From IMG/VR virus record IMGVR_UViG_3300022747_000014: DNA of 10,431 nucleotides, one strand, 5' to 3'. A program made the translations under genes and the position numbers. Origin of the DNA: a virus. Taxonomy: Duplodnaviria > Heunggongvirae > Uroviricota > Caudoviricetes. Positions 1-7,670 of this stretch are shown here, in pieces. Each line of letters begins with the position of its first letter. Within the stretch, counting starts at the first letter, position 1. The notes below the pieces were generated by a model that did not search any database, was not told where the DNA came from, and was given only the letters and a program-made list of their open reading frames with translations.

Positions 1-2
1 AT

Positions 3-2015
3 AAGCCATGGCCATTGTTGCAACTGGTTAAGCGCAATACTGACATTGGCTATTACACAAAAGAATTACTAGAGAATTATACAGAAGACGAGATCAATCA
101 AATGGACTCGTATATCAAGCACGAGCGTGATGAAACATTTACCTATGTGGCCATGGAGCAATGGCGCGGTAAGTATCTTGTACAAAACCGTGTTACTAAC
201 GAAATATTTGAAACTCCGCAAGTGGCATACATGATGATTGCTGCAACACTGTTTATGGCCTATCCAAAAGAAACACGTATGCAATGGATCAAGGATTACT
301 ATGACGGTATCAGCAATTTTGACATTAGTTTGCCCACACCTATTATGGCTGGTTTGCGTACTCCTCAAAAGCAATTCAGCTCGTGTGTACTCATTGAGTC
401 AGACGATAGCTTAGACAGCATTAATGCCACTGCATCTTCAATTGTCAAGTACGTAAGTCAAAAGGCCGGTATCGGAATCGGCACAGGTCGTATTCGTGCC
501 CTTGGAAGTCCCATTCGTTCAGGTGACGCATACCACACTGGTGTTACGCCATTCTTAAAGCTATTCCAAGCAGCTACACGTAGTTGCAGCCAAGGCGGCG
601 TGCGTAACGGCGCAGCCACAGCATACTATCCAATTTGGCATTTAGAAGTAGAAGATCTGTTGGTATTAAAGAACAACAAAGGCACAGAGGATAACAGAGT
701 ACGCCAGATGGATTACGGCGTCCAATTTAACAAATTAATGTACGAAAGACTCATTCAAGGCGGCGATATTACCCTGTTTAGCCCCCACGATGTGCCGGAA
801 ATGTACGAAGCTTTCTTCAACAACCAAGAGCGCTTTAAAGAACTTTACGAACGTGCAGAACGCAATACCAAACTACGCAAGAAAACATTTAAAGCAGCGG
901 ATTTGTTTGCCAAGTTTATGCAAGAGCGCAAAGACACAGGTCGTATCTATTTAATGAACGTGGATCATGCAAATACGCATAGTCCTTTTAAAGAAGAATT
1001 ACATCCTATCAAAATGAGTAACTTGTGTACTGAAATCGACTTGCCCACTAAACCATTAAATGACATTAATGATGAAATGGGTCGTATTGCTTTGTGTACA
1101 TTGAGTGCACAAAACTGGGGCAACGTTAAGAAGCCACAAGATTTTGAACGTATGTGTACATTGGCAGTGCGTGGATTAGATGCATTGTTGAGCTATCAGA
1201 ACTATCCAGTTAAAGCAGCAGAACTTGCCACTAAAGAGTTCCGTCCAATTGGTAACGGTATTATCAACTTTGCCTACTTCTTGGCCAAGCATGATGTATC
1301 TTACAGTGATCCAGCGGCATTGGCACTAGTCGACGAATATGCAGAAGCATGGAGCTACTACTTGATCAAAGCCAGTGCAGACTTGGCCAAGGAACAAGGT
1401 CCGTGTGAACTATGGCAAGAGTTAAAGTATGCAGATGGCATCCTTCCAATTGACACACGTAAGAAAGAAGTTGACGAACTAGTAGAACACAAAGAGCGTA
1501 TGCCATGGCGTGCCCTCCGTGAACAAATTTTAACTTATGGTATCCGCAATGCAACACTAATGGCTCTAATGCCGGCAGAAACAAGTGCACAGATCAGTAA
1601 TGCCACAAACGGTATTGAATCTCCGCGCAGTTATGTATCAGTGAAGCAAAGCAAGCATGGCGTATTAAAACAGGTTGTACCTGAATTTAAGAAACTCAAG
1701 AACAAGTATCAATTGTTATGGGACCAAGAATCTCCTGAAGGCTACTTAAAACTTTGTGCAGTATTACAGAAATATATTGATCAAGGCATTAGTGTCAACA
1801 CTTCGTATAATCCCAAGTTCTACGAAGACGAAAAGATTCCAATGAGTGAGATGCTCCAGCACCTGATCATGTGCTACAAATACGGAACTAAACAACTTTA
1901 CTATTTCAACACCAACGACGGCCAGGGCGAAATTGACGTTGATAAAATGTCTACAGCCCTGCAAATGCCAACCGACATTGACGATGACGCAAACTGCGAT
2001 AGCTGTGTGATATGA
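3..2015 (+). CDS. nrdA: Ribonucleoside-diphosphate reductase class Ia, alpha subunit (5'-truncated by the window edge)
   Basis: Frame is open from base 3 (KPWPLLQLVKRN...), so the TTG at 15 is not the true start. By comparison with E. coli-type NrdA, about 90-100 N-terminal residues are missing. Catalytic motifs: FSSCVLI (C225 equivalent), SNLCTEI (N437/C439/E441), ALCTLS (C462), LYYFN (Y730/Y731) and a C-terminal shuttle Cys pair CDSC. Confidence 0.99.
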   Translation, partial: KPWPLLQLVKRNTDIGYYTKELLENYTEDEINQMDSYIKHERDETFTYVAMEQWRGKYLVQNRVTNEIFETPQVAYMMIAATLFMAYPKETRMQWIKDYYDGISNFDISLPTPIMAGLRTPQKQFSSCVLIESDDSLDSINATASSIVKYVSQKAGIGIGTGRIRALGSPIRSGDAYHTGVTPFLKLFQAATRSCSQGGVRNGAATAYYPIWHLEVEDLLVLKNNKGTEDNRVRQMDYGVQFNKLMYERLIQGGDITLFSPHDVPEMYEAFFNNQERFKELYERAERNTKLRKKTFKAADLFAKFMQERKDTGRIYLMNVDHANTHSPFKEELHPIKMSNLCTEIDLPTKPLNDINDEMGRIALCTLSAQNWGNVKKPQDFERMCTLAVRGLDALLSYQNYPVKAAELATKEFRPIGNGIINFAYFLAKHDVSYSDPAALALVDEYAEAWSYYLIKASADLAKEQGPCELWQELKYADGILPIDTRKKEVDELVEHKERMPWRALREQILTYGIRNATLMALMPAETSAQISNATNGIESPRSYVSVKQSKHGVLKQVVPEFKKLKNKYQLLWDQESPEGYLKLCAVLQKYIDQGISVNTSYNPKFYEDEKIPMSEMLQHLIMCYKYGTKQLYYFNTNDGQGEIDVDKMSTALQMPTDIDDDANCDSCVI

Positions 2016-2803
2016 AGCCCAGTGTACTGATTGCAGCAGGATGCAGTTGGGTAGCAGCAAAAGCTATCGACGTTGATCCTGCTGCGACTACATTAAATTT
2101 TGATCATGTTGAGGATCCTACGGTAGTCGAAACATTGAGTTTTGCAGGACTACTTAGGCAGCAATTGGGACTAGATCAATTGGTCTTACTTGCTGCACAT
2201 GGTTCTAATAATGAAAGGCAATTGCAGGGACTAGTGGATTTTATTGAATCAAATAAAAATAATTATTCTAAGGTTTATGTTATATGGGGATTGACTAGCA
2301 TTTATCGATGGGACCTGTACATTGACTCCATTGGCAAGGTAGAGAATTGCACAATGACCGGATATATGAGACACCCTGATCTTAAAGATACAGTTAAACA
2401 TTATTTTTCCAACCATTGGAACAAAGATTACGAGTTAAAGAAACTTGGAAAGAACATTACATTATTAAACGGATACTTGAATAATTTGAGCATAGATCAC
2501 TTGTTTTTCAACAGCTTTCAAAGTTATAATGCAAAGGATCTTTTCTCTAACATAGAGTCAAAGTATTTTTATAGAGTTGAAGAACAGAATAATGATATGT
2601 TAAGTTTGCTATGCAGTGTAAATAATATTCCAGCACCGAATAATTCTGTGCCATGGCTAAATCTACTAGGTGCATATTCGCATAACTCAGTAAAGCAATT
2701 GCAGCAAATTGGCCAGCTGGATCGAGCTACTGCCCATCCTACTGCGGCTGCACATGCAACTATAGCAGAAGAATTGCATAGATATATAAAGGAACAACAA
2801 TGA
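2012..2803 (+). CDS. SGNH/GDSL-like hydrolase-fold protein 1 (GCS variant), function unknown
   Basis: LIAAGCSW (block I-like, GDS changed to GCS), AAHGSNN (block II-like), YVIWGLTS after the central strand, and C-terminal DRATAHPT (block V His-Pro). ATGA overlaps with both the nrdA stop and the nrdB start. No signal peptide. Confidence 0.75.
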   Translation: MKPSVLIAAGCSWVAAKAIDVDPAATTLNFDHVEDPTVVETLSFAGLLRQQLGLDQLVLLAAHGSNNERQLQGLVDFIESNKNNYSKVYVIWGLTSIYRWDLYIDSIGKVENCTMTGYMRHPDLKDTVKHYFSNHWNKDYELKKLGKNITLLNGYLNNLSIDHLFFNSFQSYNAKDLFSNIESKYFYRVEEQNNDMLSLLCSVNNIPAPNNSVPWLNLLGAYSHNSVKQLQQIGQLDRATAHPTAAAHATIAEELHRYIKEQQ

Positions 2804-3927
2804 GCGTATTCAATTTAAACGATAAGAAAAAACACACTGAAAAATTGGCGTTCTTAGATAGCGCAGGTCCCACTGCGGTCCAGCGTTACGAGACACTAAA
2901 GTACAGACAATTTGACAAGTTAACAGACAAACAATTGGGATTCTTCTGGAGACCCGAAGAAGTTGATGTTATGCGAGATGCCAAAGACTTCAAGGAACTA
3001 ACAGATTTTGAACAACATATTTTTACAAGCAATCTCAAACGACAAATTCTTTTGGACAGTGTCCAGGGTCGTAGCCCCAATCTTGCTTTTTTACCTTTAT
3101 GCAGTTTACCTGAACTTGAAACATGGGTACAAACTTGGGCATTCAATGAAACGATCCACAGTCGTTCTTACACCCATATCATTCGTAACGTTTACAGTGA
3201 TCCTGGCAGAGTCTTTGATGAACTATTAACCATTGAGCCCATTGTTAATTGTGCCAATGACATTAGCAAGTATTATGATGATGTCATTGAATACAGTACT
3301 TGGCATCGTGCATTGGGTGTCGGCAAACACGTTATCAATGGCAAGGAAATTGTTGTTGACGAATATGAGTTAAAAAAGAAGTTGTGGTTGTGTATCAACA
3401 GCGTCAACGCACTAGAAGGTATTCGCTTCTATGTTAGCTTTGCATGTAGTTGGGCGTTTGCTGAACTTAAGAAGATGGAAGGCAACGCCAAGATTATTAA
3501 ATTGATCTGTCGCGACGAAAACGTACACTTGGCCGGCACACAGTTGTTGATCAAGTTGTTACCAACAGATGATCCGGATTTTGCAAAAATCAAGGAAGAA
3601 TGTCGTGCAGAATGTACTGCCATGTTCTTAAGTGCGGCGCAGCAAGAAAAGACCTGGGCAGAATATCTGTTTAAAGATGGTTCAATGATTGGTCTTAACA
3701 CTCAGTTGTTGTGCCAATACATTGATTGGCTAACTTGCAAGCGTATGAACACATCTGGATTAGACTGTGGTATCAAACCGGGATCGAACCCACTACCGTG
3801 GACACAAAAGTGGATCGCAGGTAGCGAAGTGCAAGTGGCACCACAAGAAACTGAAATTTCTAGTTATGTAGTTGGCGGCACCAAGCAGGACGTTGATAGC
3901 AACACGTTCAAAGGCTTTAGTTTGTGA
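2800..3927 (+). CDS. nrdB: Ribonucleoside-diphosphate reductase class Ia, beta subunit
   Basis: FFWRPEEV (W48 equivalent), LLDSVQ (D84), NETIHSRSY (E115/H118/radical Y122), LEGIRFY (E204), RDENVH (E238/H241), C-terminal APQETEISSY (Y356). AAGGA Shine-Dalgarno at 2789-2793. Confidence 0.99.
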   Translation: MSVFNLNDKKKHTEKLAFLDSAGPTAVQRYETLKYRQFDKLTDKQLGFFWRPEEVDVMRDAKDFKELTDFEQHIFTSNLKRQILLDSVQGRSPNLAFLPLCSLPELETWVQTWAFNETIHSRSYTHIIRNVYSDPGRVFDELLTIEPIVNCANDISKYYDDVIEYSTWHRALGVGKHVINGKEIVVDEYELKKKLWLCINSVNALEGIRFYVSFACSWAFAELKKMEGNAKIIKLICRDENVHLAGTQLLIKLLPTDDPDFAKIKEECRAECTAMFLSAAQQEKTWAEYLFKDGSMIGLNTQLLCQYIDWLTCKRMNTSGLDCGIKPGSNPLPWTQKWIAGSEVQVAPQETEISSYVVGGTKQDVDSNTFKGFSL

Positions 3928-4637
3928 AGATACTCGTTGCAGGGTGTAGCTTTGCAACTGAGTTAACTGACATTATTAAACAAAAGATTCCCGGCTCCAC
4001 TGTTACTAACGTTTCGCATTGTGGTGTTGGGAATCGGTTTATATCTGATAGTGTAGTTGTTGCTACTTCCAAAGAAAAGTTTGATTTAATCTATGTTAGT
4101 TGGACTGGCCTTAGTCGGCACGATGTTCTAATAGATTCAGCTAACTACAGATTGTTTGATGATTGGGTCAACCGAGCAAGTATCTACAACCTGAAATATA
4201 TTTCCACTGGGGGTGTAGGTAGTTGGGACCAATTGGAACATAGTTTTGCTGACATGTTGTTTGGTGGATATCATAGATTTGTTGACCAAGAACAGTTACA
4301 GTTCAACAGTCTAACAGAGATGATAAAGATACAAAGCTACCTTGGGTCATTGAATGTTCCGCATTATTTTACATCAATGATTAATCAGCTAGATGCAAGT
4401 CCCGACATTATGTATGAGAAAACATGCGAATACGGCGCACGTAGATATCCTGCTAATGCTTGCTTAGTAAATGCAATAGATCGCCAACGTTGGATATTAG
4501 ACAACAACCAAGGCATGCACGAAACTACCAAGCAACTTGATCTTTTAGGTCCTGATGATTTTCACCCTAGCGAACTAGGATATAAATATTGGATAGATTT
4601 GTTTGTTGACCGACTACACAAAGATAAAATAATATAA
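3924..4637 (+). CDS. SGNH/GDSL-like hydrolase-fold protein 2 (GCS variant), function unknown
   Basis: GTG start overlapping the nrdB TGA (GTGA). Motifs ILVAGCSF, SHCGVGN, YVSWTGLS and a canonical D-x-x-H-P (DDFHPS). Shares motif order with 2012..2803. Confidence 0.78.
   Translation: MKILVAGCSFATELTDIIKQKIPGSTVTNVSHCGVGNRFISDSVVVATSKEKFDLIYVSWTGLSRHDVLIDSANYRLFDDWVNRASIYNLKYISTGGVGSWDQLEHSFADMLFGGYHRFVDQEQLQFNSLTEMIKIQSYLGSLNVPHYFTSMINQLDASPDIMYEKTCEYGARRYPANACLVNAIDRQRWILDNNQGMHETTKQLDLLGPDDFHPSELGYKYWIDLFVDRLHKDKII
4581..4588 (+). promoter_or_regulatory. Candidate T4-type late promoter (TATAAATA) inside the 3' end of SGNH-2, upstream of glutaredoxin
   Basis: Exact match to the T4 gp55-dependent late consensus, 58 nt before the grx start. 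In AT-rich DNA about one chance hit per 10 kb is expected, so this is weak alone. Confidence 0.35.
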
Positions 4638-4646
4638 AGGAATAAA

Positions 4647-4889
4647 ATGTTAACAGTATATTCAAAAAGCAACTGCCCATTCTGCGACCGAGCAAAAGCT
4701 CTATTAGAGAGCAAAGGTGTGGAATACAAAACAGTTAGTATCGAAGAAGATCAAGATGCACGTCAGCACCTTTTAGACATGGGACTACGCAGTGTTCCGC
4801 AAATCTTCAACGGCACAACATTGATTCAAGGCGGATACCAAGGCATTGCTGGCAAAGGCGAAGAGTTCTGGACTGAACTAAAACAATGA
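4647..4889 (+). CDS. grx: Glutaredoxin (dithiol, CPFC), probable electron donor for NrdAB
   Basis: TVYSKSNCPFC active site, RSVPQIF cis-Pro motif, GG motif, AAGGA RBS at 4637-4641, located in the RNR cluster. Confidence 0.96.
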   Translation: MLTVYSKSNCPFCDRAKALLESKGVEYKTVSIEEDQDARQHLLDMGLRSVPQIFNGTTLIQGGYQGIAGKGEEFWTELKQ

Positions 4890-5176
4890 GATTGCATCTA
4901 TATTATCAGCACCTAGAGGATAGAAATGATCAAGCCCGTGCAGAAGAACAGGCTGTATTGTTAGACCGTGGGCTGACATTTGAGGACGATTACATAGAAG
5001 AGCATCGCAGTCTTTACGACCACAACGATCCAACTCTTCATCCTGGCTACGCAAATCCAGGAGAAACATGTTTTTGTGAATTACCTGGGATGGACGGACC
5101 GTTGTGGCCCAAGCTATACAAAGATTATGTATTAGTGGCATCCGGGTGGGATAGTATTCGATCGATAAAGTTATAA
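4886..5176 (+). CDS. Hypothetical 96-aa protein, possibly a degenerate glutaredoxin-fold protein lacking CxxC
   Basis: ATGA overlap with the grx stop. The first 40 aa align by eye to the upstream Grx (see findings). Confidence 0.7.
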   Translation: MRLHLYYQHLEDRNDQARAEEQAVLLDRGLTFEDDYIEEHRSLYDHNDPTLHPGYANPGETCFCELPGMDGPLWPKLYKDYVLVASGWDSIRSIKL

Positions 5177-5195
5177 CCATTCAATTAAGGAAAAT

Positions 5196-5507
5196 ATGTT
5201 AATAGCAAAACAAAAAGATTACGAAGCAGGTGACATCCTGTGTTTCAAGTTACTCAATGGTGACGAAATTGTGGCAAAACTTGTGGAAGTGGATGCTGCT
5301 AAGTTTGTATTAAGCAAACCGTGCACGGTTATTCCAAGCCAACAAGGACTAGGGCTGATGCAAAGCCTAATGTGCGGTGATATAAATAGTAATATAACTG
5401 TCTCAAAGCAACACGTGATGATGCATAGCCCTGTTATCGCAGATATTGAATCTCACTATATCCGTACTACAACAGGCATTGAGGTCAGCAAAGGAATAAT
5501 TAAGTAA
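5196..5507 (+). CDS. Conserved-looking phage protein with Sm/LSm-like fold signature
   Basis: TAAGGAA RBS upstream. GDILCFKLLNGDEIVAKLVEVD...FVLSKP resembles the Sm1 motif (hydrophobic strand-L-x-N-G-x-E-h-x-x-x-L-x-x-x-D). Confidence 0.6.
   Translation: MLIAKQKDYEAGDILCFKLLNGDEIVAKLVEVDAAKFVLSKPCTVIPSQQGLGLMQSLMCGDINSNITVSKQHVMMHSPVIADIESHYIRTTTGIEVSKGIIK
5381..5388 (+). promoter_or_regulatory. Candidate T4-type late promoter (TATAAATA) upstream of the PAAR and 610-aa structural genes
   Basis: Exact consensus, 118 nt before the PAAR start. Same GATATAAATA 10-mer as at 4579-4588. Confidence 0.4.
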
Positions 5508-5836
5508 TGCCATTTCCAGCCGCAGTAGTAGGTTTACCAGCTTCAGTAACAGGATTTCCTGTACCTCCGTTAGGGCCCGGGACAATCACAATGGGCGCAG
5601 TAAAAACGTTCATCAATGGTATGCCGGTAGCAACTATTGCATCCACAGTTAGTCCGCACGGTAACCCTGTTAATCCCAAGCAGCCGGGATTTAATCCAGC
5701 ATGCGCTGCTTCGGTAATTGCAACAGGTATTCCCAACATTCTAGTAGAGTTTAAACCTATTGCCTATGTTGGCTCAGTGTGCACTTGTGGACAACACAAA
5801 GTGACGTTGGGCATTCCCAATGTGTTGGTAGGATAA
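5507..5836 (+). CDS. PAAR-repeat spike-tip protein (T4 gp5.4-like)
   Basis: Three PAAR-like repeats (PAAVVG, FINGMPVAT, LVEFKPIAYVG), PHG and CTCGQH putative metal ligands, and terminal G-x-PNVLVG. TAATG overlap with the upstream gene. Confidence 0.85.
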   Translation: MPFPAAVVGLPASVTGFPVPPLGPGTITMGAVKTFINGMPVATIASTVSPHGNPVNPKQPGFNPACAASVIATGIPNILVEFKPIAYVGSVCTCGQHKVTLGIPNVLVG

Positions 5837-5837
5837 T

Positions 5838-7670
5838 ATGGCAACGGCGTTAGAGTTAAATGCACAAAGCACACTGATCAACGGACAAGGTCTATCTACC
5901 AGTCCCGACGTTCTTTCTGCAATATCGTCATTTAGTAACTTGTCGACTGTAAAAACAGTGGGCAGCATTTATACACATGCTGGTGCTATTTCCGGTAATG
6001 CCGGTGCTGTGCTGATCCCTGCATTGGAGCAATTGGGATCCGGGGTTACTACCGGACGTTGGTTAATTGATTTGTATCCAGCCAACATCTCTGCGGTATC
6101 GTCATCTTCTGTATATCTATATTCTACCAACGTTCCTAGTGTAATACATACTGTCAGTAATCAAGCAAACTTGCCATTTACTTACGGAGTTGCTGGATTT
6201 GCCAACGTATTTTCATCTGCATATGGTTTTGCATCTGGTGGATTTGACACCATTGGCTCTATACATATCTTAGAGAACAAAACATACGCAGGGTCCGGTG
6301 TAGGATACAATGGTATTGCTGACTTGGTTACAAATGGCATTGGATCCAACGGCCCGTTGTTGGGCAACACTGTGGCCAATTGGGGCACAATGTACAATAT
6401 CAATAACATGAACTTGATAGGCGACCCTTATGTATTTGGGCAAAACCTACTAGATCAAGGCCTTGGCTCATACGGAAATCTTGCTGTTAACTTAACAGCA
6501 GCCGGCCTGGATATTGCAGACATTACAAAAATTCCGGTATCCACTACATCCACAACTCAATTAGATAGTTCTGTAACCAATAACACCATTGTTGGCCAGG
6601 TTGAATTGCCTACCCTTAACTCTGTGTCGAGCACTACTTTGGTGACTGGCAGCAGCCCTGAAGTTGTAATGAACATTTACCGTCAAGTAACTGGTGACGA
6701 CTTACAGGCCATTGTTACTGCCACAGGAATTGTCGCTGATACTACCAAGTTAAAAACACTAGCAGACTATTTGGATTTTTCTAAAGTAGTTGCAATAGGA
6801 TTACAACCTGCTTTGGCTGCATTAAATGTTCGCACATTCAACGACTTTGGTAGCTATCTACACAACAAGATCGGTCAAGGATCTTTTATAAACTGGGCCG
6901 CAGTGTCTAAGTTTTTGAAATCAATTGTGGTGCCAGTGTTGTCTAACACTACAACCTCTGCCAATGCTCCTATATTGTCGGCTAGTACAATTAATACATT
7001 ACGATCTGCCAATGGCACAGGATCCGGGGAATTGGGCAATCCTATCATGACTGACTACTTTGGTGCTGCTGCCGGAATGCCTTACACTGACAAGATTAAT
7101 TCCATGGTGTCTAACTATACCAAGGTTGCTCCGACAGCAGTTGCATCGGCTTTGACTACATTAGACCAAGCCGTGGTAACATGGGTCAGTGGATACTCTC
7201 CCGGTGATGAATTCACACCCGAGGTCATTCCGTCTGTGACTCCTGTAACTAATGCAGTCACCGCGGTTAACTCTGCACTAAACGCATTGCCAAACTCCCA
7301 AGCTCTATTGGACGGCCAAACAGCACAGTATCAAATTTTAAATAAATTGTCAGTTGAAGTGTCTGCGGTCAGTTCAGCTGGATTGAAATTTTTGCCCACT
7401 AGTTCTAGTATGTTGAAAACTTTTGCCACTAGTTTCATTGGGTATGCAACCGACACTGATCGCTTTCAGAGCGCTCAATTGTTGGCAAATCTTGTCACTA
7501 AAGATGCAGCAGGTGACACTCTCAGGGCCGCCGTTTCGGAGAATACCAACATCAGATTGTTATCTTCGGTGGGAATTACATCACACAATGATGCCAGTCC
7601 AGACAACGCTTTGTACCAGGCAAAGGCCCAAAATCTACCATTAAGTACCTACTTATCCCAGAATAAGTAA
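5838..7670 (+). CDS. Large hypothetical protein, probable virion structural (tail/baseplate-associated) protein
   Basis: 610-aa ORF with AGGA RBS at 5830-5833 and a 1-nt gap after PAAR. Rich in S/T/A/G/N/V/L, no Cys, few charged residues. No recognisable catalytic motif. The structural role is inferred from composition and position. Confidence 0.6.
   Translation: MATALELNAQSTLINGQGLSTSPDVLSAISSFSNLSTVKTVGSIYTHAGAISGNAGAVLIPALEQLGSGVTTGRWLIDLYPANISAVSSSSVYLYSTNVPSVIHTVSNQANLPFTYGVAGFANVFSSAYGFASGGFDTIGSIHILENKTYAGSGVGYNGIADLVTNGIGSNGPLLGNTVANWGTMYNINNMNLIGDPYVFGQNLLDQGLGSYGNLAVNLTAAGLDIADITKIPVSTTSTTQLDSSVTNNTIVGQVELPTLNSVSSTTLVTGSSPEVVMNIYRQVTGDDLQAIVTATGIVADTTKLKTLADYLDFSKVVAIGLQPALAALNVRTFNDFGSYLHNKIGQGSFINWAAVSKFLKSIVVPVLSNTTTSANAPILSASTINTLRSANGTGSGELGNPIMTDYFGAAAGMPYTDKINSMVSNYTKVAPTAVASALTTLDQAVVTWVSGYSPGDEFTPEVIPSVTPVTNAVTAVNSALNALPNSQALLDGQTAQYQILNKLSVEVSAVSSAGLKFLPTSSSMLKTFATSFIGYATDTDRFQSAQLLANLVTKDAAGDTLRAAVSENTNIRLLSSVGITSHNDASPDNALYQAKAQNLPLSTYLSQNK

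Noticed and set aside
15-17. TTG start for nrdA given in the ORF track
   Set aside because: The frame is open to the window edge and the protein lacks the expected N-terminal region, so the true start is upstream.
2012-2803. Homing endonuclease in the nrdA-nrdB gap (mobE-like position)
   Set aside because: No HNH, GIY-YIG or LAGLIDADG motif. The motifs fit an SGNH-like fold instead.
69-3701. Alternative ORFs 69..374, 1366..1590, 1764..2060, 2886..3146, 3429..3701 (minus) and 3008..3229 (plus, other frame)
   Set aside because: They lie within or across nrdA and nrdB, have no RBS or recognisable motifs, and are typical shadow ORFs.
3-3927. Possible intron or intein in nrdA or nrdB (common in T4-like phages)
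   Set aside because: Both reading frames are continuous and colinear with E. coli-type subunits, with no extra domain or break.
4878-5180. Minus-strand 100-aa ORF almost exactly antisense to 4886..5176
   Set aside because: The plus-strand ORF is ATGA-coupled to grx and fits the operon direction. No promoter or RBS was seen for the antisense frame.
5403-7644. ORFs 5403..5585, 5500..5739, 5774..5968, 6182..6409 (minus) and 7423..7644 (plus)
   Set aside because: They overlap better-supported genes and show no motifs.
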